64,000 nt of DNA from Pyrinomonadaceae bacterium (GTDB lineage: Bacteria; Acidobacteriota; Blastocatellia; Pyrinomonadales; Pyrinomonadaceae), in NCBI GenBank assembly GCA_036506395.1, contig DASXRU010000073.1:2960-66959 (forward strand), in the 5' to 3' direction. A model generated the notes under the pieces. The model saw only the letters and a list, made by a program, of their open reading frames with translations, was not told the origin of the DNA and did not search any database. Position 1 is the first letter of the stretch. Every line of letters starts with the position of its first letter. The translations under genes were made by a program, and so were the position numbers. Positions 18,237-27,915 of this stretch are shown here, piece after piece.

Positions 18237-19165
18237 TCCGTGAGTTCGACTCCATCCGTCTTCTGTCGCTTAGTGCGCGTGCGCCGTAGACGCTTGATCA
18301 CAAACTTCGCCATCAACGCCAGCGGTAAAACGACAAGAACAAGAACTGGCAACAATGCTATGATTGCTCGGATCAAGAAATAAATGATCGCTACGGCCAC
18401 AGCAAATCCGTCGGAGAAAGCTGACTTTATGCTAAACCAAAACCCGGCCGCATTAACGATCTGGGTCGTAGTCTGCAAGGTGACGTTTATCGTTGAAAGG
18501 CTGGCTTGATTCTCCAGGAAGCGGCGCCGACCCTCAAGTTTCTCTATTTCAGTTCGAACATTGGCAAGCTCTCTCTGAACCTGCAGGGCCTCCTCAACTT
18601 TTCCCGCACGCTTCATGATTTCAATAAACTGAGCTTCTAGAGCCTTCTGGTTCTTGATTCGGGCTTCCAGATCAATGAACTCCTCGGTGACATCCTGCCC
18701 CGTAATCTTTTCCTGGGTCACGCGGATTCCTGCTGCGCGAATCTCTTCCATAACCTGGTTGAACTGCGCCGCAGGAACGCGAACCACGAGCCTGACGGTT
18801 ATCTCAGGTCTTGTTTTGTCTTCAGTGGTGCGCTGGGTAGCCTCAGAAGTTACGATAAAGCCCTGATGGGATTCGGCGATCGAAACGATTTTGGGCTGGC
18901 TCTCGGTCGGGGAGGCTACTTCGATTGTCAGGTCGGCGTTACGGATAATCTTGCGCTCGATTGCCTGATACGCCGCATTAGCCGCGTCGGCTTGATTCAA
19001 CGAGGCCTCTTTTTCCTCCGAGGATCCACTGATTCTAAGAACGCTCTTGGATTCCCCGACTTTAGCTGATTTTTCGTCCCCAGACTCCCGCTCCGAGCGC
19101 AGGCTACCGCATCCAGAAAGGCCGAAGAACGCAACGCTTATTAGAAGGACAAGAGTGAATCGCAT
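18233..19165 (-). CDS. DUF4349-like lipoprotein with C-terminal TM helices
   Basis: Lipobox LSGCG. Coiled-coil segment EEFIDLEARIKNQKALEAQFIEIMKRAGKVEEALQVQRELANVRTEIEKLEG. Two C-terminal TM segments. Confidence 0.6.
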   Translation of the reverse strand: MRFTLVLLISVAFFGLSGCGSLRSERESGDEKSAKVGESKSVLRISGSSEEKEASLNQADAANAAYQAIERKIIRNADLTIEVASPTESQPKIVSIAESHQGFIVTSEATQRTTEDKTRPEITVRLVVRVPAAQFNQVMEEIRAAGIRVTQEKITGQDVTEEFIDLEARIKNQKALEAQFIEIMKRAGKVEEALQVQRELANVRTEIEKLEGRRRFLENQASLSTINVTLQTTTQIVNAAGFWFSIKSAFSDGFAVAVAIIYFLIRAIIALLPVLVLVVLPLALMAKFVIKRLRRTRTKRQKTDGVELTE

Positions 19166-19235
19166 GAATTAGCTCCGAGGGATCAGTTATTCTTGAACGC
19201 TCTCGACGTTCCGAGCTTGCGCTCTTGGACGCCAC

Positions 19236-20588
19236 TTATCCTTCGCTCGGCTCCTTTTCTTTAGCCTCAGGCTTCCTAATGCCGAACTTTTCCAAACGAT
19301 ATTGCAAAGTTCGGAACGTCAGCCCCAATAACTTCGCTGCCTTCGTGATGTTGTAATCGGTCTGCTGCATGGCCTGGGTAATCAGATCTCTCTCCACGTC
19401 TTCAAAGGCAATGCCCTGCGGCGGGAGTTTGAAAGCTCCCTCGGAAGCAGGCCGCGACTCCTGGCGCACCTCCAAAGGCATGTCCTCAGGTGTAATCATG
19501 TCGCCTTCGCAAAGCAGGATGGCGCGCTCGATCGCTGATTCAAGCTGGCGCACGTTACCGGGCCAGCTATAGTCCTGCATCATTCGTTTGGTTTCCGTTG
19601 TCAGTCCACGAACCAGACGCGAAGTATTGCGGGTGTGTTTCTTCAGGAAGTAGTCGATCAGAACAGGAATATCATCCCGCCGTTCTCGCAAAGGTGGCAC
19701 ATCAACCGACAGGACGTTGATACGGTAATAAAGATCGTCCCGGAACCTCCCGTCCGCAACCATCGCTCGCAGGTCGCGATTGGTGGCGGCAATCACACGC
19801 ACGTCAACCGAAATCTCGCGGTTGCCGCCAACCCGCCGGATCTTGTGTTCCTGCAAAGCGCGCAGAAGCTTAGCCTGGATCCCCACATCCAACTCGGCAA
19901 TTTCGTCCAGGAAAAGCGAGCCGCGATCCGCAACCTCAAACAGCCCCTTCTTCTCGGCATGGGCGCCCGTGAATGAGCCCTTCTCGTGCCCGAACAGTTC
20001 GGACTCTAAGAGGTTTTCGTTTATGGCCGCACAGTTTACGGCCTGGAACATTTCTGTCGCCCGCGGACTCTGATTGTGAATAGCGCGAGCGATCAATTCT
20101 TTGCCCGTGCCGGACTCGCCGCGAATAAGCACGGTCGAATTCGACCTGGCCACTTTGAGGATCATCTTCTTGACCGCTTCCATCTCCGGCGAAGCAGAAA
20201 CGATCTCGACGTCCAGCGCCTCCAGCTTGTCCAGGGCACGGTTGATAGTTTCAAGCAATGCCTCCCGGTCGTAGGGCTTCTGCAGGTAATCAAAAGCGCC
20301 ACGCCGCAGCGCTTCCTTTGCCGAGTCGATCGAACCGTGCGCGGTTAAGAGAATAACGATGATCGAAGAATCCAGTCCCAGCAAATGCTGCAGCAACTCG
20401 ATACCATCCATGCCCGTCATCTTCAGATCAGTCAAAGCCAGATCGAAACTCCGGTCTTTGGCAAACTTAATCGCCGCTTCGCCCGACGCAGCAGTAGTCA
20501 CGTCGTAGCCCTCGCTCGAAAGGATCATCTCAAGAATTTCGCGTTGGGATTTTTCGTCATCAACTACGAGTATGCTCTTGCGTGCCAT
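19236..20588 (-). CDS. Sigma-54-dependent response regulator (NtrC family)
   Basis: Receiver domain (ILVVDDE..DLKMTGMDG). AAA+ domain (GESGTGKE, GSFTGA, ESELFGHEKG). Fis-type HTH (ITKAAKLLGLTFRTLQYRL). ATG at 20588. Confidence 0.9.
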   Translation of the reverse strand: MARKSILVVDDEKSQREILEMILSSEGYDVTTAASGEAAIKFAKDRSFDLALTDLKMTGMDGIELLQHLLGLDSSIIVILLTAHGSIDSAKEALRRGAFDYLQKPYDREALLETINRALDKLEALDVEIVSASPEMEAVKKMILKVARSNSTVLIRGESGTGKELIARAIHNQSPRATEMFQAVNCAAINENLLESELFGHEKGSFTGAHAEKKGLFEVADRGSLFLDEIAELDVGIQAKLLRALQEHKIRRVGGNREISVDVRVIAATNRDLRAMVADGRFRDDLYYRINVLSVDVPPLRERRDDIPVLIDYFLKKHTRNTSRLVRGLTTETKRMMQDYSWPGNVRQLESAIERAILLCEGDMITPEDMPLEVRQESRPASEGAFKLPPQGIAFEDVERDLITQAMQQTDYNITKAAKLLGLTFRTLQYRLEKFGIRKPEAKEKEPSEG

Positions 20589-22116
20589 TCCGTAATCTAT
20601 CTCCCTTTCCCTTTGCCGGCAGTGTAATGATAAACGTGGTGCCGCTGCCAACTTTCGATGTTACGTTGATTGTTCCTCCGTGATCGTCTACGGCTTTCTT
20701 CACAATCGCCAGGCCCAGGCCAGTGCCGGTATCTTTGGTCGAGTAGTATGGCTCGAACACCTTTGAGATGTCTTCCGGAGCAATTCCGCGTCCCGTGTCT
20801 GTAACTTCGATGCGCGCTCGGCGTCCTGACTCTTCACCAGCCAGCAAGATCGACAGACTCCCACTTCCTCCATCCATCGCCTGTACTCCGTTAATGACCA
20901 GATTGGTCATCATCGAACGCAGCGCCTCTGTGTCGCCCATAACTCGCGGAATGTCTCCGCTCTTTTCCACTGTTGTCTTGATCCCGCTCTCTATAGCCTG
21001 GGCTTCTATGATTCGCAATGCGTCCTGGGATATTGCGTAGAGATCGAGTGACTCCAACTCAAGCTCTGAGGGGCGCGAATAGTTCAGGAATTCTGAGATA
21101 CGCGTATTTATTCGCGCAACTTCCGTCTTGAGCTGCCCCGCCAGCCGCGCGAAGGTTTGTCGTTTCTCCGGTTCTTCCGGAGCAAAGCTGGTGCGCAGAT
21201 AGTCGAGCGTCAGATTAATATAATTGAGGGGGTTACGGATCTCGTGGGCAATCGCTGAAGCCAGGCGACCAACTACTGCCGCTTTTTCCGCCTGGTGAAG
21301 TTGCGCCTCAAGCTCGCGCGTGCGACTGAGCTTGGCGGTCATTTCATTGAAGAGGCTCGTCAGCTCGCCCATCTCATCGTGGCTATTAGGCATGGGCACA
21401 CGGAAACTAAAATCTCCCAACGCCACTCGTCTCGCTGCCGTTGACAGATACCTGATGGGACGAGTGAAGCGCCAGACAACGATCGTCGTCAAGAATGTAG
21501 TTACCAGCAACACAGCGAGGGTGTAGAGCAGCGACTGGCGCGCCTGGTGCTCCAACAGATTAGTTAAGCTGCTGGCCGAGCCGAGCACGACGATGATGTA
21601 CCAGCGCCCCTTGTTTGTCTCCACTGGAAAATAAAATGCCCCGGGGTCGCCGCCCCGCAATTGCGTGGCAACGTTCATCCCTTCCGGTAAAGAGGCATTG
21701 TCGGTGGCCAGTCCCATGGCGCTGTTCAGCGGTGGCAGTGAAACATCTTTCACTCGCACAAAACGCTTCGAGCCATCGGGATTTGTAGTGGGAGCGTTGT
21801 CTCGATTCAAACTGTCCTGGATGTTTCCGTCACCGTCGACTACTAAAACGTTCTTGATGCGTCCCGCCTGCTCATCAAGCACCGGCTGCTGGGTTTCTTT
21901 GCGCATCTCATACAGCCACTGGCCGCTCGAAATACTATTTATTCCCAACGCCACGCCTGCCATGATCGCCTGTTCTTGTTCGACGATCAGGCTGGCGTTG
22001 CTTCGCACAGCGCGTAGATTCACGTAGTACTGCACGCCGAGAGTTAAGACCAGAAGCGCTGCCAGCAGTACTAGCAGCCGAACCCGGAAGCTGTTGAAAA
22101 GTGCGCGCAAGTTCAT
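20560..22116 (-). CDS. Sensor histidine kinase (periplasmic sensor, HAMP, HisKA, HATPase)
   Basis: H-box AHEIRNPLN, N-box LVINGVQAM, G-boxes DTGRGI and GTGLGLAIVKK. Overlaps the response-regulator start by 29 nt. Confidence 0.85.
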   Translation of the reverse strand: MNLRALFNSFRVRLLVLLAALLVLTLGVQYYVNLRAVRSNASLIVEQEQAIMAGVALGINSISSGQWLYEMRKETQQPVLDEQAGRIKNVLVVDGDGNIQDSLNRDNAPTTNPDGSKRFVRVKDVSLPPLNSAMGLATDNASLPEGMNVATQLRGGDPGAFYFPVETNKGRWYIIVVLGSASSLTNLLEHQARQSLLYTLAVLLVTTFLTTIVVWRFTRPIRYLSTAARRVALGDFSFRVPMPNSHDEMGELTSLFNEMTAKLSRTRELEAQLHQAEKAAVVGRLASAIAHEIRNPLNYINLTLDYLRTSFAPEEPEKRQTFARLAGQLKTEVARINTRISEFLNYSRPSELELESLDLYAISQDALRIIEAQAIESGIKTTVEKSGDIPRVMGDTEALRSMMTNLVINGVQAMDGGSGSLSILLAGEESGRRARIEVTDTGRGIAPEDISKVFEPYYSTKDTGTGLGLAIVKKAVDDHGGTINVTSKVGSGTTFIITLPAKGKGDRLRNGTQEHTRS

Positions 22117-22519
22117 TTTTTTCTCTCCCTGGCACCAGCCTCCGAATGATTTGCGGACAAATGCAATCCGTTGCAGAGCAGGATGACCGCATCTGCCAAA
22201 ATGCCAGTGAATTGGGTTGCTGCCCTATGTTTGTGATGTTATAGTTGCAGCGGTCTCAAGGCAAACTCCCCCGAGGCCGCCTATTGGGTATTCTTCCCAC
22301 CTCACGGCTTTGGACTTAAGGTTGAAGTAAAAGTAGGAATTCGTAAGCGGTTTTTGAATGATCTCAACACTTCAATTCTTTGTTAGCGGAGGGCCCCGGC
22401 GCCAGGCATCAGCCTGTGCGTCTAAACTGAAATTGTAATCGGAAAAAGTGGGTCCATCAGACTTTATGTTTGATAGGGACCACTTCTTGTTTTCCGTAGT
22501 TTTTACCAAGGAGTTACAG

Positions 22520-24250
22520 ATGACCCTGACACGACGTTCCCCTGGCTCGGCGCTGCTCGCGTTGAGCCTCCTGATCCTGACCATTCTCTCCGTTTCCACC
22601 ACAGTAACAGCCAAAGGCAGACGCTCAGCCGCGAGGTCAACCCGAGCCCGCGCCGAGCGAAAGCGGGACGTGCGCACAGCGCGTGTGGACAGGCGTCATG
22701 GAAAATTATCGCGGGCAGAAAAGAGACTGCTGGCGAAAGAGTCGCGCCGCGATAGACGGCGCGGTCATGTGTCGGTAAGAGAATCGCGCGCCGATCGCCG
22801 ACGCGCCGCTCGCCAGGAAGCAGCTCTTCTAAGAAGTCTCGAACGAAAGCGCGGCCGGCCACTTTCAAAGCGTGAGCGCCGAGCCGAGATTGCTCGCCTT
22901 GCAGCTCAGCGTCGACGCGAGATTGAAGAAGCAAGACGCCGAGCTGAGGCTGCTCGCCTTGCAGCTATCGCGCGGCAGCGCGCGCTTGATGAAAGCCTGC
23001 GCAACGAAGCGGCAGCGAATATTACTAATGACAGCACCGCCGGTGAAGACTTGGAAGTCCGCAAGGCGGCGATCGAAGCTTTGGGACACCATGCCGGAAC
23101 GGTGGTGGTGATGGATCCTTCCACTGGTCGGGTCTACACGGTCGTTAATCAGGAATGGGCTTTGCGGCGTGGCTTCAAGCCTTGCTCGACCATTAAGCTG
23201 GTGACGGGCGTTGCCGGCCTATGCGAAAGAATCATCCAGCCTACGAGCATGGTTAGCGACTCTCCGCGCTATCGCCTCGACCTGACGGATGCCCTGGCTT
23301 ATTCCAACAATTCGTATTTCCAGTCAGTTGGCGGGCAAGTGGGCTTTGACAAGATTGTTTCCTATGCCCGGGAGATGGGTCTGGGTGAGCGGACGGGGAT
23401 TAATTACGCAAACGAGTCTCCTGGCCGGGTGCCCTTATTTAAGACTGGCTATGCAGTGAACCACATGTGCTCGCACGGCGACGATTTTGAAGTGACGCCA
23501 ATCCAGTTAGCTACTTTAGTTGCCGCCATGGCCAACGGTGGCAAACTGCTGGTGCCGCACGTGCCCCGCACGCCGCAGGAAGACGTGCGTTTTAAAACGA
23601 CTATGCGTCGTCAGATAAATGTAAATGAGGACGCATGGCGCCGCATGGTTCCCGGGATGATTGGCGCCGTCAATTATGGCTCAGGGAAAAAGGCCTACCG
23701 TCCAGAACAGACCGTTGCCGGCAAAACCGGAACGTGCATTGGTCAGGGAAGCTGGTTGGGCCTGTTCACCTCTTATGCACCGGTGGCAAACCCGCGCCTG
23801 GCTGTGGTCGTCGTTGCCCGCGGATCGGATGGTCGGAACCATCTGCCCGCCGCCGTGGCGGGTAGTATCTATCGCGCCCTCAGCCCGCGCTTCGGTACCC
23901 CCATCAACCTTCAAATAGCTACCGCACCTGATTCGGGCTCGCCCGATCGCAAGGCCGGTAAGAAAGCTAACGTGCTCAACGAAGAAGATGCCGAAGCCGC
24001 TGCCGCAGAAGCCGAGGAGACCACTGATACAACGGCAGAAGGCGGTGTCGCCGCACCGGCAGGGGCAGGAAGTACCGCACCCGCTGGCCCGGTCACCGAA
24101 TCACCGCGCGGAAGTGTTAAGTCAACAATAATGACGTTTCCAAGCAAGAGGAGCGTTGGCGCCCCGGTGCCGGCAAAGTCCGTCACTGTTCCGGCACCGA
24201 AGCCGCAGGTCGATGACCGACCGCGACGTATTGCTCCTGCCCAGCCGTAA
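22520..24250 (+). CDS. Penicillin-binding protein, transpeptidase domain with atypical Arg-rich N-terminal region
   Basis: AAGGAG Shine-Dalgarno sequence before the ATG at 22520. Signal anchor. Motifs STIK (SxxK), SNN (SxN) and KTGT. Ala/Pro-rich C-terminal tail. Confidence 0.8.
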   Translation: MTLTRRSPGSALLALSLLILTILSVSTTVTAKGRRSAARSTRARAERKRDVRTARVDRRHGKLSRAEKRLLAKESRRDRRRGHVSVRESRADRRRAARQEAALLRSLERKRGRPLSKRERRAEIARLAAQRRREIEEARRRAEAARLAAIARQRALDESLRNEAAANITNDSTAGEDLEVRKAAIEALGHHAGTVVVMDPSTGRVYTVVNQEWALRRGFKPCSTIKLVTGVAGLCERIIQPTSMVSDSPRYRLDLTDALAYSNNSYFQSVGGQVGFDKIVSYAREMGLGERTGINYANESPGRVPLFKTGYAVNHMCSHGDDFEVTPIQLATLVAAMANGGKLLVPHVPRTPQEDVRFKTTMRRQINVNEDAWRRMVPGMIGAVNYGSGKKAYRPEQTVAGKTGTCIGQGSWLGLFTSYAPVANPRLAVVVVARGSDGRNHLPAAVAGSIYRALSPRFGTPINLQIATAPDSGSPDRKAGKKANVLNEEDAEAAAAEAEETTDTTAEGGVAAPAGAGSTAPAGPVTESPRGSVKSTIMTFPSKRSVGAPVPAKSVTVPAPKPQVDDRPRRIAPAQP

Positions 24251-24276
24251 GGCTAAATTGCCCTGGCGCATCTAGC

Positions 24277-24327
24277 GAGCGCCGAACTCTCGTAGATACA
24301 CTGCGATGGTTCGGCGCTCGTTTTTTC
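24277..24327 (+). terminator. Rho-independent terminator after the PBP gene
   Basis: An 11-bp stem, GAGCGCCGAAC (24277-24287) paired with GTTCGGCGCTC (24309-24319), followed by GTTTTTT. Confidence 0.5.
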
Positions 24328-24642
24328 GTGCTCTTCGACGCATGGTCCGGAGGGGTTTAAAGCAGGACTTTCATTCCGGGACTTTTGCGTTTTTCAACCT
24401 TTTCTGGCTCGGACCTTCGAACACGGCCTGGCTACTTGACACTCACGTGACTATTGCAGGATTATTGCCCGCGTTCATTCCGGGTTCGTGCTTGTTTGCG
24501 GTAGTTATTAGGCGGCCCAGGGATCGGCAACTGCCGTGCCTGAAGGCGCATCTTATGTTCGCGACGCTCTCCCGCGTTGTAACCCCGTCGGCCTGGACCA
24601 GACTTTAGAAGTAGATAAGTACTTGGAGGATCGATATAACCA

Positions 24643-25845
24643 ATGAAACAAACTATCAGATTGGTCATACTCGCAGCGATGTTGGCAGTTGGTTTGCCGG
24701 CGCTGACCAAAGCGCAAACAGGAAACGGGTCAGCGGGAGAATGCACCGAAGAAAACAAAGCGAAATTCTACACGCAGTATTACGAGAATCGAAAAGACCA
24801 TCAAGACGTAGCATATGACGCTGCGAAGAAATATCTCGCCGCTTGTCCGGATGCTCCCGCCGACGACGTTTATGCAAAGACCCTGAAGAAATTCGTTAAA
24901 GATTACGAAGCCGCTACACGCAAATCTCAATTCCTCGAGGCTTATGATAAGAAGAACTATGCAGAGGTGATGACGCTCGGGAAGCAAGTGCTGGCCGACG
25001 ATCCTGGCTATGTTAGAGCCAACATTCTAATAGGCTACGTGGGCTATTTGGCGTCGCTTGGCGGCAACACTTCACTCAACGGCGAGTCAGCCAACTATGC
25101 AAAGCAAGCCATCTCGCTGCTTGAAGCAGGCAAGACGCCCGATGATTGGAGACCATTTCTAAACAAAGACGATGCGCTGGCATGGCTGAATTATTCGCTG
25201 GGTTATACCAACTTGAAGACCGCACCAGCCGATGCCATTCCTTACTTTCTGAAAGCGGCGCGCATGGAGAGTTCGCTGAAGAAGAATCCGGCGACCTATT
25301 ATTTCATCGCCGTAGCTTACGAAACGGGCCCTTATGCCAGGCTAACCGAGGAGTACAACGCTAAGTTCAAAGGGCAAACAGAATCGCCTGAGAGCAAACT
25401 GGCGCAGGCAAACATCAATCAGGTGGTCGATCGCGAGATTGATGCTTACGCGCGCGCTGTGGCCCTCTCTACCGCTTCTGACGCAAAGACACAACAGAGC
25501 AAGAAAGAGTGGATGGATCGTCTGACCGAGCTTTACAAGTATCGCAACAAGTCAGAAACGGGCCTGAATGAACTGGTCGCCGGCATCCTGTCAAAGCCAT
25601 TACCTGACGTACCGATGCCGCTTACTACTTTACCGACTCCGCCGGCGACGGGAGCGACCGCGCCAGTGACTGCTCCGGCAGGAACGCCGAGCGGGACGGC
25701 CACAGCGACTCCGCCAGCGCCCACTAAACCAGGAGCGATCTCGACTACACCAGCTAAGACTACGACTGCTCCCAAGACGACTACGCCGAGTACGAGCCAG
25801 ACGACAAAGCCTAAACCGAAGGCGAATCATCGTCGCCGTCCGTAG
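24643..25845 (+). CDS. Secreted all-alpha (TPR-like) hypothetical protein with Pro/Thr-rich tail
   Basis: Signal peptide. Helical repeat-like body. The C-terminal ~90 aa are P/T/A-rich and end in KPKPKANHRRRP. Confidence 0.5.
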   Translation: MKQTIRLVILAAMLAVGLPALTKAQTGNGSAGECTEENKAKFYTQYYENRKDHQDVAYDAAKKYLAACPDAPADDVYAKTLKKFVKDYEAATRKSQFLEAYDKKNYAEVMTLGKQVLADDPGYVRANILIGYVGYLASLGGNTSLNGESANYAKQAISLLEAGKTPDDWRPFLNKDDALAWLNYSLGYTNLKTAPADAIPYFLKAARMESSLKKNPATYYFIAVAYETGPYARLTEEYNAKFKGQTESPESKLAQANINQVVDREIDAYARAVALSTASDAKTQQSKKEWMDRLTELYKYRNKSETGLNELVAGILSKPLPDVPMPLTTLPTPPATGATAPVTAPAGTPSGTATATPPAPTKPGAISTTPAKTTTAPKTTTPSTSQTTKPKPKANHRRRP

Positions 25846-25905
25846 GCGTTCCACCGCAGATCCTGAAAGTGTAAAACGCCGGGGGACATCGTTCTGGTTT
25901 CGACG

Positions 25906-26688
25906 ATGCCTTCGGCGTTTTGCTACAATCAATCCGCCGTGAATCACTATTCTGCCGCGAACCTCGACTCACTCGAGGAAATCCTTGAATACAAGTTTGC
26001 TGATCGCAGTTTGCTCGAACGAGCAATTACTCATCGCTCCTGGGCACATGAACAAGTATCGCCTGCCTCCCAGGAAGAGGCGCGCCGCCTGCACAACGAG
26101 GCTTTCGAGTTTCTCGGCGACTCAGTGCTGGGTCTGATTGTGGCCAATCATCTCTACCTTTCGAATCCGGACGCGACAGAAGGCGAACTGTCGCGTATGA
26201 AACACCGTCTGGTTAGCGCTGCCACGCTGGCTAATGCGTCGAAGCGCATGAGTCTGGGAGAATTTGTGCGTTTTGGACGCGGCGAGGGGCGAAGCGGGGG
26301 CAGTCGCAAACGGGCTCTTCTCGCCGATGTTTTCGAAGCGATTACGGGAGCGATTTTCCTTGAAGGTGGCCTCGCCGCGGCGACACGATTCGTCAAGTAT
26401 TCGCTGGCCGAGGAACTGGCCCATTCGGATCCGGAGTCTGCTGCGGCTGCTGATCACAAGACGCTATTGCAGGAGAAACTACAAGCACTAAAGCATCCTG
26501 CCCCGCTGTACACGGTCGTCGAGACACTTGGGCCGCCACACCGGCGAATTTTTCATGTCGAGGTCAGATGGAATGACGGGCAGGTGTTGGGTGAGGGGCG
26601 CACTATTAAAGCTGCTGAGGCAGTTGCCGCTCGGCTAGCTCTGGAAAAAATGGAACGCGACTCGGAAAATGCAGTCACCAGCGAGTGA
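25906..26688 (+). CDS. rnc: Ribonuclease III
   Basis: Signature EAFEFLGDSVLGLIV. Catalytic Asp/Glu pattern. C-terminal dsRBD (KTLLQE...GEGRTIKAAEAVAA). The exact start is uncertain. Confidence 0.9.
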   Translation: MPSAFCYNQSAVNHYSAANLDSLEEILEYKFADRSLLERAITHRSWAHEQVSPASQEEARRLHNEAFEFLGDSVLGLIVANHLYLSNPDATEGELSRMKHRLVSAATLANASKRMSLGEFVRFGRGEGRSGGSRKRALLADVFEAITGAIFLEGGLAAATRFVKYSLAEELAHSDPESAAAADHKTLLQEKLQALKHPAPLYTVVETLGPPHRRIFHVEVRWNDGQVLGEGRTIKAAEAVAARLALEKMERDSENAVTSE

Positions 26689-26767
26689 TCGGCTGGTGCC
26701 CACGATCACCTGAACGGTCATAAGCGAGTAACTTGACCGTGGTCGTTACAGCATCTAGGATGTTTAC

Positions 26768-27730
26768 GTGAAGCGCGAGAGGGACGAATTGATGAGCACG
26801 AGCACCACTGACGAAAGCACCCAAACAAAAATAAGCGCACCACCATCGCTTCTAACTCAGCGTCACGTAGATCGAAACGGACGGGAGCGTCGGCTCAACG
26901 TCCCGGCCGAAACACGCGGGCCGCGGAAAACCTGGGTGCGCGAATACTTCGAGTCTGCGGTGGTCACAGTCATAATGGCGCTGTTCGGCATGACCTTCGT
27001 TGTCCAGGCAGTGAAGGTTCCTACCGGTTCAATGCAGAACACCATCACAATCGGCGATCACCTTTTGGTTAACAAGTTCATCTTCGGTCCTGGCCGGCGG
27101 CTTCCCTTTTTACCGCAACGGGAAGTCCGGCGTGGCGACATAATCGTCTTCAAATATCCTGGGAATCCAAATGACCCTGATGATGACCTGCGTCCTGATA
27201 ACACGCCGTTTAAAACAAATTACGTTAAGCGCGTAATTGGATTACCAGGTGATCGCATCGAGGTGCGAGGGACCAGCGTTTTTGTGAACGGACGGCTTCT
27301 TCCGGAGCGAGTGGTAACTGCGGAAGATCCAGGAGACGGTGCGCCGCAGGACGACCCGCGTCACAGTGCCCCGCTCAGGATTCTTGACACACCAGCCCCT
27401 GAAGGGGAAGGTCCGTACAACGCTTACTACAATCCCTCCACACGGCAGGCGGCGGCAGAGGGAGGTTCGGCGCGCATATATTCAGGCTTCCATTACGCAG
27501 TCAACGGTATTCCGGCGACCGTACCGCCAAACTCTTACTTTGTAATGGGCGACAATCGTGACAACAGCCAGGACAGTCGCCGGTGGGGATTCGTGCCACG
27601 TGATCTCGTCATCGGCAGGGCTATGTTCGTCTACTGGTCCTACGATGAAAGCGCCCCCTCCAGTGGCAACTTCCTGATTGACTTCTTCACCAATACACGG
27701 TGGAGCCGTACCGGCACAATGGTCAAATAG
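26768..27730 (+). CDS. lepB: Signal peptidase I
   Basis: GSMQNTI (Ser box), YVKRVIGLPGDRIEV (Lys box), GDNRDNSQDSRRWGFVP. Confidence 0.9.
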   Translation: MKRERDELMSTSTTDESTQTKISAPPSLLTQRHVDRNGRERRLNVPAETRGPRKTWVREYFESAVVTVIMALFGMTFVVQAVKVPTGSMQNTITIGDHLLVNKFIFGPGRRLPFLPQREVRRGDIIVFKYPGNPNDPDDDLRPDNTPFKTNYVKRVIGLPGDRIEVRGTSVFVNGRLLPERVVTAEDPGDGAPQDDPRHSAPLRILDTPAPEGEGPYNAYYNPSTRQAAAEGGSARIYSGFHYAVNGIPATVPPNSYFVMGDNRDNSQDSRRWGFVPRDLVIGRAMFVYWSYDESAPSSGNFLIDFFTNTRWSRTGTMVK

Positions 27731-27915
27731 GCTGCGGCTTCCTCCAATCCGGCTAACTATTCTTCGCCCTCTTATTTCAACGAGGCCACCGCCCCGGTGC
27801 GACAAACTCGTAGTTGCTCTCCCGCTGTACTCAGACGTACCCAACTTGGCCTGCTGCTTGCTGTCATTCGATCCAGCTAATAATTCTGTTGTATAAGCGA
27901 ACGGGAGAATGGATC

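Noticed and set aside
19166-19235. TGGCGTCCAAGAGCGCA (minus strand) as a sigma-54 -24/-12 promoter for the DUF4349 gene.
   Set aside because: The GG-N10-GC spacing is off by one and the TTGC element is absent.
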